Part shown: positions 1 to 7,784 of the stretch, piece by piece
How positions within the stretch are numbered: position 1 is the stretch's first letter
How the letters are laid out: each line of letters begins with the position of its first letter
IMG/VR virus record: IMGVR_UViG_3300009151_004315
Span: 58,316 to 78,315 of that record
From: an uncultured virus (IMG/VR IMGVR_UViG_3300009151_004315)
Lineage: Duplodnaviria; Heunggongvirae; Uroviricota; Caudoviricetes
DNA length: 20,000 nucleotides
Strand: one strand, 5' to 3'
Notes under the pieces: model-generated
What the model was told of the DNA's origin: nothing
The model's input: only the letters and a program-made list of their open reading frames with translations
The model's database searches: none
Position numbers and translations under genes: made by a program

Positions 1-146
1 TCATCATCAGTCACATATTCACTGCGATTCCAATTTTCAAAATACTCGCCCAATTGAAAGCTTGATTTTATTTCTCCGGATAATTTTTCACACAATTGAC
101 TACCTGTTCTGGGTAAACAAATAATACATGTTCTGTTGCCGTTCAT
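1..146 (-). CDS. Sulfotransferase-like protein, N-terminal part (runs off window start)
   Basis: Not in the ORF track. Manual translation from ATG at 146, which overlaps the TGA of the upstream gene (ATGA): MNGNRTCIICLPRTGSQLCEKLSGEIKSSFQLGEYFENWNRSEYVTDD. A hydrophobic strand followed by PRTGS fits the sulfotransferase 5'-PSB loop, and the downstream GEYF also fits. Confidence 0.55.
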   Translation of the reverse strand, partial: MNGNRTCIICLPRTGSQLCEKLSGEIKSSFQLGEYFENWNRSEYVTDD

Positions 147-469
147 TTTAATCCTAAATTTTTCCTAATTTTAGTTGCACTGATATTATGTGTAGCATCA
201 TCAAATATTTCTTGCTCAATCTTATAACCAACATCACGACCGTATGTAATATTCACAATGTTTGGTACAATTTGAATTTCGTATTGACCTTGATATAACA
301 TATCTAAGTCACGTTTAATAAAACTTTTAACTTGTTCGATGGCAAATGGATTACTTCCTTGCCAACCTTGACAGTCACGTATTTGTATAACTACTTGCCC
401 AGTCTTAGCAATAGCCCGTTCAAACAACTTACGATGTCCTTCATGCCATGGTTGCCAACGACCTAGCAT
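143..469 (-). CDS. HxGH nucleotidyltransferase domain (cytidyltransferase/adenylyltransferase-like); probably the C-terminal half of a fused gene 143-937
   Basis: GRWQPWHEGH (HxGH) and C-terminal ISATKIR motifs. In frame with the upstream kinase ORF across a single TAG at 488-490. Confidence 0.75.
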   Translation of the reverse strand: MLGRWQPWHEGHRKLFERAIAKTGQVVIQIRDCQGWQGSNPFAIEQVKSFIKRDLDMLYQGQYEIQIVPNIVNITYGRDVGYKIEQEIFDDATHNISATKIRKNLGLK

Positions 470-487
470 CTGTACTGTTTCTTTCTG

Positions 488-937
488 CTAATCAAACACT
501 GGTCTGCGTCTATTATCTAATATGTGTGCGGCAATAAACTCACCCCACTTTTCACCTTTTTGTTCAGTAATTCTAAAGTCATATACTTCTGGTGGGATAA
601 ATGCTTTGTTAGTATCGTCAAATCTACCTTTATCAATAGTATCAACCCATACAGTCCAATCTGCTTTAAAGTTATTACGCATTTCAACTAATGGTGCAAC
701 AAAGTCACATATAACATAATCACATTCAATCATATTATCTGCTAGTTCACGCATACGTAAACTTTGACGAACACGACCTTCTGTGCTAAAGTCCCAATCG
801 TTATACTTTTTTCGTACATCGTCAGCATTTAGCCAACCTACTTTTTTCTTATCCGCTTGTAGGTGCTCTACAATATGTTGTGCTATATAAGTTTTACCTG
901 CGCCAGGCAGGCCCATTACTAATATTCTTTTAGGCAT
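488..937 (-). CDS. Adenylylsulfate (APS) kinase-like P-loop kinase domain
   Basis: GLPGAGKT Walker A; WLNADDVRK, DFSTEGR and DFVAP parallel the CysC LDGDxxR, GFSxxDR and SFISP motifs. Ends at an in-frame TAG. Confidence 0.7.
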   Translation of the reverse strand: MPKRILVMGLPGAGKTYIAQHIVEHLQADKKKVGWLNADDVRKKYNDWDFSTEGRVRQSLRMRELADNMIECDYVICDFVAPLVEMRNNFKADWTVWVDTIDKGRFDDTNKAFIPPEVYDFRITEQKGEKWGEFIAAHILDNRRRPVFD

Positions 938-1397
938 TTTTGTTTTTCTCCGCTTCTGCTACACGTTTGCGTAGACTTGAACTGCTAAAACTATGGTCAC
1001 GTTTGTTAAATATAACCTGTACACCACGGCCTGCACCCTCATTACGTCCGGTAAAATTCTTATCCTCATACTCTGTACCCAAAATACGAACATCTAACGG
1101 TAGAATCAATAACAAGTCAATTAAGTCTTGTTCAGTTTGATATACCACTACTTCATCAACATAGCGACAAGCCGCAAGTTGAATCTGTCGTTCTACAATA
1201 CTTTGAATAGGTTTATTCTTAGTATCAGGTCTATCAATGGTTGGATCGGTTTGTAGCCCACAAATCAAGTAATCACAATGATTTTTTGCTTCACTTAACA
1301 TAGCAACGTGACCTGCATGAAGCATATCAAATGTGCTAAAAGTAATACCAATCTTTTTACCCTGTGCTTTTAATTCTTTAATATGATTGAAAATCAT
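930..1397 (-). CDS. Glycerol-3-phosphate cytidylyltransferase (TagD)-like nucleotidyltransferase
   Basis: TFDMLHAGH, CRYVDEV and C-terminal R...SSS motifs. Start moved to ATG 1397, which overlaps the upstream TGA. Confidence 0.8.
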   Translation of the reverse strand: MIFNHIKELKAQGKKIGITFSTFDMLHAGHVAMLSEAKNHCDYLICGLQTDPTIDRPDTKNKPIQSIVERQIQLAACRYVDEVVVYQTEQDLIDLLLILPLDVRILGTEYEDKNFTGRNEGAGRGVQVIFNKRDHSFSSSSLRKRVAEAEKNKNA

Positions 1398-1630
1398 TTT
1401 GAAAGTGTTCTCCACATTTTAGTTTGTTCATGTTCTTTTAAGAATTCATCCTCACCCGTAAATGTAGGTGCATCATTCATAATCTCATCCAATAACCATT
1501 TCAATTTATGTAAATCTTTTTTGATTTCAAATGTAGTAAATCCATCGTTATACGGACTGTGAAGTTCTACACCTGCAATGTAGATTTGATGATGTACACT
1601 ATTATAATCCATTGGTTTTTTAAATCCCAT
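1394..1630 (-). CDS. Hypothetical protein
   Basis: ORF coupled at both ends: TAATG with the folE stop and ATGA with the downstream gene. No recognisable motif. Confidence 0.65.
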   Translation of the reverse strand: MGFKKPMDYNSVHHQIYIAGVELHSPYNDGFTTFEIKKDLHKLKWLLDEIMNDAPTFTGEDEFLKEHEQTKMWRTLSK

Positions 1631-2310
1631 TATTTGCAACCTTTATTTGCAATCTGCAAAAACTCTTGTCTTGCGGCTGGATCTGTTTTGAATCCACCAC
1701 CTAGACGGCAGGTAGTTGTACTTGAACCAGTATCTTCTACACCTCGGGCCGCAACACAATAATGCCTGGCATCAATCATTACAGCTACATCTTCTGTTTC
1801 TAGTATATAACATAGTGAATGAAAAATTTGTTCAGTTAATCGTTCTTGTATTTGCGGGCGCTTACTGAAATATTCTACTATACGGTTGATTTTACTAAGG
1901 CCTAGTACCTTATCCTTTGGTACATAAGCAACGGTAGCCAAACCCGCAATAGTAATAAAATGATGTTCACATGAACTTTGTACATTGACATTGCGTTCAA
2001 CAACCATTTCATTATATTTCATTTTATTTTCTACAGTAGTACATTTTGGAAATGCTTCATAATCTAGTCCGTAGAAAATTTCATTTACATACATCTTAGC
2101 AACACGCTTGGGTGTCTCAATTAGACTATCATCAGATAAATCTAAACCAAGATATTGCATAATAATAGTGAAGTGTTCTTCAATACGATCAATCTTATCT
2201 TTTCTGTCTAAGTTGTTTGGCAATGTAGGAGTCTCAACTCCCATTTTGACTAAGTGCTGATGCACTTGTTGACCCAACTCTGGATCTGTTTTTGTTTTAT
2301 TATAACTCAT
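1630..2310 (-). CDS. folE: GTP cyclohydrolase I
   Basis: [35 protein letters not shown] and HYCVAARGV motifs. Likely start MSYNK at 2310, after an AAGGAAGG SD-like sequence. Confidence 0.95.
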   Translation of the reverse strand: MSYNKTKTDPELGQQVHQHLVKMGVETPTLPNNLDRKDKIDRIEEHFTIIMQYLGLDLSDDSLIETPKRVAKMYVNEIFYGLDYEAFPKCTTVENKMKYNEMVVERNVNVQSSCEHHFITIAGLATVAYVPKDKVLGLSKINRIVEYFSKRPQIQERLTEQIFHSLCYILETEDVAVMIDARHYCVAARGVEDTGSSTTTCRLGGGFKTDPAARQEFLQIANKGCK

Positions 2311-2345
2311 AGATAACCTTCCTTTGTGATGGTTTTGTTTTGATA

Positions 2346-2378
2346 TTGTGTTACCATTGTGTAACACAAGTATTTATC
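2346..2378 (-). promoter_or_regulatory. GATAAATA late-promoter-like motif abutting a perfect 9-bp inverted repeat upstream of folE
   Basis: TTGTGTTAC-N6-GTAACACAA at 2346-2369; minus-strand GATAAATA at 2378-2371 (T4 late consensus is TATAAATA). Confidence 0.4.
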
Positions 2379-2589
2379 ACTTTGTTTTAGCAACTGATTT
2401 TTTTGATTTAGCCTTAACTGCAGGCTTCATATTAGCTAATTCTACACTAGCACAAGCTTCACGCACCTCATTAACTAATGCGTCCCAATCCCATTTTAAT
2501 TCAGTACGACCATCAGGAAAAGTAGTCACAGTTAAGTGACTACCTTTAACTACTGTTGGTTCTGCAGGTTGAATTTTCTTGCGAGCCAT
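2377..2589 (-). CDS. Small basic hypothetical protein
   Basis: 70-aa ORF with a Lys-rich C-terminus, tightly packed between neighbours. Confidence 0.65.
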   Translation of the reverse strand: MARKKIQPAEPTVVKGSHLTVTTFPDGRTELKWDWDALVNEVREACASVELANMKPAVKAKSKKSVAKTK

Positions 2590-2591
2590 GG

Positions 2592-2786
2592 TTAAGCCTT
2601 AGCTTTTGCTTCTGCTCTTGCGGCTTTTTCTGCTGTAATTTCATTACGGCGAGCCTTAACTGCTTTAGCTAGTTCTGCTAATGCTTTACGTGCCCTAGTA
2701 CCGGCGGCTGCATTACCCTTGTTAAATTTATCGTTCTCAGCATTGTATGCTTCTAAACTATTTTCAATATCATTTTGTGCGCTCAT
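2592..2786 (-). CDS. Histone H1-like (Hc1-family) DNA-binding protein
   Basis: KGNAAAGTRARKALAEL matches the Hc1-like GNKAAxxRAR signature. Start MSAQ at 2786 follows AAGGAG. Confidence 0.75.
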   Translation of the reverse strand: MSAQNDIENSLEAYNAENDKFNKGNAAAGTRARKALAELAKAVKARRNEITAEKAARAEAKAKA

Positions 2787-2796
2787 AATTTTCTCC

Positions 2797-3996
2797 TTAA
2801 TATTTTGCTTCACGGGTGTGTTTGCGATAATCACTATCCATACGCAACCATTGTTGTCCGTTACCTTCTAGGATATCACAAATTCTATCGATTGTACTGT
2901 CAGTCCAATCACTAATCTTTCCTTGATTTACATGCGGTTGATGTAACATATTATATAACTTAATTGTTGCATCTTCAACACTCCAGGGCGTATACAGTCT
3001 TGTATAGTCATTCGCAAATGTTTCTGGGAAACTGCGATATGCCGGATACAATACATTGCAACCCAAACTATCTGCTTCACTGACTGTGTTACTCACCCAG
3101 TCTTGTAATGCACAATTAAACAATACTCTTGTATCATTTAATAACTCATAGTATGCGTTCTTATCTAGGTCTTGATATACTTTTAATAGTCCACGATTTT
3201 GCATATCTTGTGTACGTTTCATGTAACTATCGTTATTGCTTTTTAGTTTACTACCGCTGAACACACAGAATTCTACACCACGATATACACCATGACGATC
3301 CTTCTCACCGTACCGGTTATAGAATTCTTCAATCACATCCATGTAGAAGTCAGGTTGCTTTTCTTGATCCCATCTAGCACTAAATGCAATACGCATTGTA
3401 CGTTCATTGAATGGCTTGATGACATTATTTACACGGCTACGAACTTCTTCTTTGCCAAATGCTAAGCCTGAGATATTGTAGATCGGTGCCTTCCAACCCG
3501 CAATCTTCATATGCATTACCATTTCTTCATTACTAGCAAGTACACCATCAACGAATGAATCAACCATCTTTTCATAGTGACCCATGAACTCACTCATGCC
3601 CCATACATGTACGAAATCATCCGGATCGATTGACTGAGCAAGACAACGGACAAATATACGAGGACGGAGATTAATAGGAACTTGCTTAAGTATATAAGGA
3701 AGACTTTCAATGCCCGGCTGAAACATATCTTCAAAGTATACAATATCTTCATAACTACACTCACCTTTTTTCATCATCTTTACTAGATTCATTAATTGAC
3801 TCATACCAAAGTATGTACGTCCATGAGCATCTAATACTTGTCCGGTAACAATAGCTTGGTCATCACTTAATGTTTCGCCGGGAACGATAACATAGTTAAT
3901 GCCTCTACGTTTGAATACACGTTCATTCCAGTCTTGTAACTGTAGTGTGTATCTTGCTTTGTAAGGCTCTAGGCCCATATAAAATAACTTATGCAT
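2797..3996 (-). CDS. GT-B fold glycosyltransferase
   Basis: 399 aa. C-terminal FSARWDQEKQP and FNCALQDWVSNTVSEADSLGC...YP resemble the GT4-like nucleotide-sugar-binding domain. Confidence 0.65.
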   Translation of the reverse strand: MHKLFYMGLEPYKARYTLQLQDWNERVFKRRGINYVIVPGETLSDDQAIVTGQVLDAHGRTYFGMSQLMNLVKMMKKGECSYEDIVYFEDMFQPGIESLPYILKQVPINLRPRIFVRCLAQSIDPDDFVHVWGMSEFMGHYEKMVDSFVDGVLASNEEMVMHMKIAGWKAPIYNISGLAFGKEEVRSRVNNVIKPFNERTMRIAFSARWDQEKQPDFYMDVIEEFYNRYGEKDRHGVYRGVEFCVFSGSKLKSNNDSYMKRTQDMQNRGLLKVYQDLDKNAYYELLNDTRVLFNCALQDWVSNTVSEADSLGCNVLYPAYRSFPETFANDYTRLYTPWSVEDATIKLYNMLHQPHVNQGKISDWTDSTIDRICDILEGNGQQWLRMDSDYRKHTREAKY

Positions 3997-4747
3997 TTTC
4001 TCTTTCTATATCTAGTTCATCACATTCTTCACCATACTGTATTTCTACAATACGACATGGTGTATCATATGGATTACTTAGTTGATGCCAATCACCTTGT
4101 GAAATTTTTACTTGACCAAACGTTGACAATTCAATTGGAAGTAAACTGTAACCACTTGACAATTTTGTATATAGTATACACTTACCTTCTGTAACATGCC
4201 AAAATTCACTTCGTTTAAAATGCCGTTGCATACTTAAACTTTGACCCGGCTCTACTGTTAGTTCTTTTACTTTACATCCACTTACATCATGTAGTATACG
4301 ATAGTATCCCCACTGACGCAATGTTTTAGGTTGTTTCCATTCACGTAGTATCCAACTACTACTGTTCTTTTTGTCATCCCCACCCACACCAAATACAAAT
4401 TCTACATCATCAAATATCATTTCGGGAATGTTATCTTTAGTTCTATCTCCCCCATTAGCAAATATAATATTTGTTTTTGGGTACATTTCTTTGACTTTGC
4501 GAATGGCATCAATGGCGGTATCATCACTATCATCAAACTCTATTACTTTATGCACTTGATGTAAATTTTCAATGATTATTTTACGTTCTTGAATAGGCAT
4601 AAAAGGTTGACCTTTTTTACGGGTCAACCATGCGTCACTATTAACTCCTACTATCAGTAAGAAACCTAAATGCTTAGCGGAATTGAAATATTCAATATGG
4701 CCACTATGCAAGGGGTCAAAGCCCCCAGTGACTAACACTATCTTCAT
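3989..4747 (-). CDS. Cytidyltransferase-like domain fused to a cupin (mannose-6-phosphate isomerase C-terminal-like)
   Basis: TGGFDPLHSGH, FANGGDR and KKNSSS in the N-terminal domain; RQWGYY, LSMQRHFKRSEFW, WHQLSNP and IVEIQYG in the cupin. Start ATG 4747 overlaps the upstream TGA. Confidence 0.85.
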   Translation of the reverse strand: MKIVLVTGGFDPLHSGHIEYFNSAKHLGFLLIVGVNSDAWLTRKKGQPFMPIQERKIIIENLHQVHKVIEFDDSDDTAIDAIRKVKEMYPKTNIIFANGGDRTKDNIPEMIFDDVEFVFGVGGDDKKNSSSWILREWKQPKTLRQWGYYRILHDVSGCKVKELTVEPGQSLSMQRHFKRSEFWHVTEGKCILYTKLSSGYSLLPIELSTFGQVKISQGDWHQLSNPYDTPCRIVEIQYGEECDELDIERENA

Positions 4748-4950
4748 GGACGCATATCCTCTTGCCATTGATCCTTAGCCCATTTGCCGGCAATTTGTTT
4801 TTGATGTTGACGGTATGCGAAACTCCGCATGTCATACAATGATGTTTCATCAAACTTGTACCCAAAGTCCTGACAGAATTCAAGGTACTTTTCAAGATCC
4901 TCAAAAATCTGATTGATACGTGGGTTAGGTTGATATTGTTGTTTTGCCAT
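4744..4950 (-). CDS. Hypothetical protein
   Basis: 68-aa ORF with an AAGGA SD, coupled to the next gene. Confidence 0.7.
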   Translation of the reverse strand: MAKQQYQPNPRINQIFEDLEKYLEFCQDFGYKFDETSLYDMRSFAYRQHQKQIAGKWAKDQWQEDMRP

Positions 4951-4961
4951 TTTTAATTCCT

Positions 4962-5417
4962 TTAAATAGCGAGTTGTTGATAAGGTTTGTTTGTGTTATA
5001 GACAATAGTAGCCCCGTTCTCATTATCTTCTGATACTTGAATAGCAATATTACGATCTGGATATCGAGTTGCAATGACTTCATAGAGGTCATCACTAATC
5101 ATTTCACAACTTTTGTAATCCAACGCAAGAATGCCTTGAGAATATTGATTCTCTAACCATCTTTTAAACTGAATAAACTCAATATCACGGTCGTTGTGAA
5201 ATACTTCAATAGACACTTCAAAGTGAAAGATGTGTCTATGTGGAGTAGCTAAAAAGCTAACATCATACTCATCACCTGTTGCCAAGTTAGGGTCTGTTGC
5301 CGCCGCTGGGTATTTATGAATACCTTCTTTTTGAAAACGCACAAAAATTGTACGTAATGCATGTTGTTTGATACGTACACGTTTCTCGGTCAATGCCTGT
5401 ATATGTTGTTCTTGCAT
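4962..5417 (-). CDS. QueD-like (6-pyruvoyl-tetrahydropterin synthase-like, T-fold) protein
   Basis: GIH...HRH metal-ligand pattern, SCE and C-terminal VSED follow the QueD layout. Context between a TGT-like gene and folE supports this. Confidence 0.6.
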   Translation of the reverse strand: MQEQHIQALTEKRVRIKQHALRTIFVRFQKEGIHKYPAAATDPNLATGDEYDVSFLATPHRHIFHFEVSIEVFHNDRDIEFIQFKRWLENQYSQGILALDYKSCEMISDDLYEVIATRYPDRNIAIQVSEDNENGATIVYNTNKPYQQLAI

Positions 5418-5418
5418 A

Positions 5419-6972
5419 TTATTCTCCTAGTACTTTTGAAATTTCATCATCACTATCTTCAATAGCTTCTTCAACTTCCGGTTCACTATCAGTTACGTCA
5501 AACAATTGGTCAAACATTGTCATAGCATTCATTGCTTTCTTGCCACTTAAACCCTGACTACCTGACTTCATCTGCATCCAGAAGCTACTATGTGATTCTA
5601 TCATATCTAGGCTCTTTTGTCTATCTTTTTGTGCAAATATCTTATCAACAATTTCACCAAAATGCTCATCATCAAACTTGCTCATAACCATTTTAGGCAT
5701 GATGCCCTTATCATACTGGCGATTAGCTTCTTGTACAGCAGTCATATGCATATAAACATTATGACTCTGTAGTAATGTATAACTCAATGTATCCCAACTT
5801 GTTTTAGTTTCTTTACCATGTTGACCAATAAAGCCTTGACCACGATAACAAAGGTCCTTCATCAACATAAGGTCCGTTACTGGACTATCTGTAAACTTGT
5901 CATGGATATTATCTTGTAGTACAGCATCACTATACTTACGATTATCATTAGCATAACTTTTCTTCTCGGCAGTCTTTTCCATACTGTATGCCCACTTCTT
6001 ATCGTGTTCAATACTATTGTTAAAGTATGCTAGACCTTTAGCCGCACTAAAGAATGGACTTGCACAGTCAAATGTAATCTGTAGTTTAGGGTTGTGATAC
6101 TTACGAATAGCTTTTTGAATGTCACTGAACAATACAGCATATTCCATAATGCTTACACCCAAGCAATGAATCAAATCATGTTTACCCTCTACCAGTAAAC
6201 CATCATGTATGATATCAACTAATCTACGCAACATCAAATGAACATCAATCTTGTTCTGTCCACCGAATGCCCAACCATTAAAGTGATTATCTGGATAGAC
6301 ATTTGGATCACAATACTTCTTCATTTCTTCATACCAATCGTCTGATTGTTTATGATTGCGACCCTGCAATACATTTAAGAACTTACATTTACCATTACGG
6401 TTCTTAATGAAGTATTCGTTATTGATGTGAGTAGCAGTAATAGCTTCTTCAATCGTACTGATACCATGTGCTGACTTACCAGTCTTTGGGTCTTTGATAT
6501 TGAATGTAGTAAGACTTTGTGATGGGATATCTAAACACATACCATAGTCCATGTATGTGTCCATCCAGTTCAATACAGCTTTACGTTTAATCATAGCACG
6601 TGGGCAGTTAGGATCTTTCCAGTCTGCTGGCCACTGACATTTAAGAATCTGAAAACCACCACTATCACCTAACATGAACGTACCCTCTTCACGTTCTCTA
6701 ATAATACTTTCACTAGGATCGTCTTTAGTAGTATCTAAGTTAGCATGACCAGCACTGTATAAGCCCCACTTATAATAGTATAGGCCTTCTTTACTGTTTA
6801 AGAAGTTAAGTTTTTCAACATCACCATTAAAGCCGGCCGGGATACGTGCTTTAGGGAAGTAATCTTCACCTTTGCGTTGTTTACCTAAGCCAGCAATATA
6901 GAAACTACTGACTGCAGGTAAGAACAATGCCCAATCGGGCTTGTGCTGTGCTGATAGATTAACTTGTTCCAT
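5419..6972 (-). CDS. tRNA-guanine transglycosylase family protein, probably a DpdA-type DNA 7-deazaguanine transglycosylase
   Basis: MLGDSGGFQ, CLDIP, VLQG, GWAFGG, HCLG, FDCASP and HN motifs in TGT order. No CxCxxC zinc site. Adjacent to replication genes. Confidence 0.8.
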   Translation of the reverse strand: MEQVNLSAQHKPDWALFLPAVSSFYIAGLGKQRKGEDYFPKARIPAGFNGDVEKLNFLNSKEGLYYYKWGLYSAGHANLDTTKDDPSESIIREREEGTFMLGDSGGFQILKCQWPADWKDPNCPRAMIKRKAVLNWMDTYMDYGMCLDIPSQSLTTFNIKDPKTGKSAHGISTIEEAITATHINNEYFIKNRNGKCKFLNVLQGRNHKQSDDWYEEMKKYCDPNVYPDNHFNGWAFGGQNKIDVHLMLRRLVDIIHDGLLVEGKHDLIHCLGVSIMEYAVLFSDIQKAIRKYHNPKLQITFDCASPFFSAAKGLAYFNNSIEHDKKWAYSMEKTAEKKSYANDNRKYSDAVLQDNIHDKFTDSPVTDLMLMKDLCYRGQGFIGQHGKETKTSWDTLSYTLLQSHNVYMHMTAVQEANRQYDKGIMPKMVMSKFDDEHFGEIVDKIFAQKDRQKSLDMIESHSSFWMQMKSGSQGLSGKKAMNAMTMFDQLFDVTDSEPEVEEAIEDSDDEISKVLGE

Positions 6973-6975
6973 TAA

Positions 6976-7707
6976 TTACTTTGCGTTAGCTGGCAATAGA
7001 TATGTGTAAGTAGCAAGACCACTGTCAACTATAATCTCAGTCGCACCTGCATCAGCAATACGAACTTTCTTATCACCTGGCAAATCCATGATAGCTAAGA
7101 ATACTTTAACAGGCCAGTTCCATACTTTAGTCAATGAACCAGTTACACTGTGTTGAAATACAAAGTTACCACTGTGAGTTGATGGGTCACCAAAGTTAAT
7201 CTTCAAGTCACCATTAACTGTAGTGAATGTAAAATGTTCTTCTTCACTATTAGCACTTGCTTGTTTCTTTAGTCGTTGAATGCCTGCGATAGTTGGCTCA
7301 AACTCAACATTCCAAGTAGTACCTTTAAAAGTAACAGTTTTAACTTTTTCTTCTACGATTGATTTAGTCATCAAACGATAGTCGTTAACAAATGTACCGT
7401 CTTTTGTTTCAAAGTGAATAGTACTAGGTACATCAACACCATCACGTGTAGTACGTAACACAGAGATTTTAGCGTGTTCATCATAGTCATCGAAACCAAG
7501 AACAGTTTTTAGTTTAGTTAAGTTAGGCATACCAAATACACCAATGAAGTCACTGATTGGACCATTCAATACTCCTGATACAATAACAGTTTTCTTTTCT
7601 GATATTGCATTAATATGTGTTTCAGTATCTGTACCGGATACTTTAATTAAGTCTACGTCCCCTAGACCGTTTGTGTGTGTAATTAAATCTTGTAAATAAT
7701 CTTTCAT
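6976..7707 (-). CDS. Probable DNA polymerase sliding clamp (gp45/PCNA-like)
   Basis: 243 aa, beta-rich two-domain pattern, directly downstream of the family-B polymerase. Call rests on size and context more than on a motif. Confidence 0.5.
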   Translation of the reverse strand: MKDYLQDLITHTNGLGDVDLIKVSGTDTETHINAISEKKTVIVSGVLNGPISDFIGVFGMPNLTKLKTVLGFDDYDEHAKISVLRTTRDGVDVPSTIHFETKDGTFVNDYRLMTKSIVEEKVKTVTFKGTTWNVEFEPTIAGIQRLKKQASANSEEEHFTFTTVNGDLKINFGDPSTHSGNFVFQHSVTGSLTKVWNWPVKVFLAIMDLPGDKKVRIADAGATEIIVDSGLATYTYLLPANAK

Positions 7708-7748
7708 GTTTTTCCTTTGTATACCTATTTAGGCAGTTTATGTTATCT

Positions 7749-7777
7749 ATTATAGTGGATTTTATTGCGTAAAGCAA
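7749..7777 (-). promoter_or_regulatory. Sigma70-like promoter
   Basis: TTGCTT (7777-7772), 17-nt spacer, TATAAT (7754-7749), upstream of the clamp/TGT operon. Confidence 0.65.
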
Positions 7778-7784
7778 TAGCAGT

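Noticed and set aside
488..490. Genome-wide TAG reassignment (alternative genetic code)
   Set aside because: Only one in-frame TAG occurs in about 19 kb of coding sequence, and the long genes are intact under the standard code.
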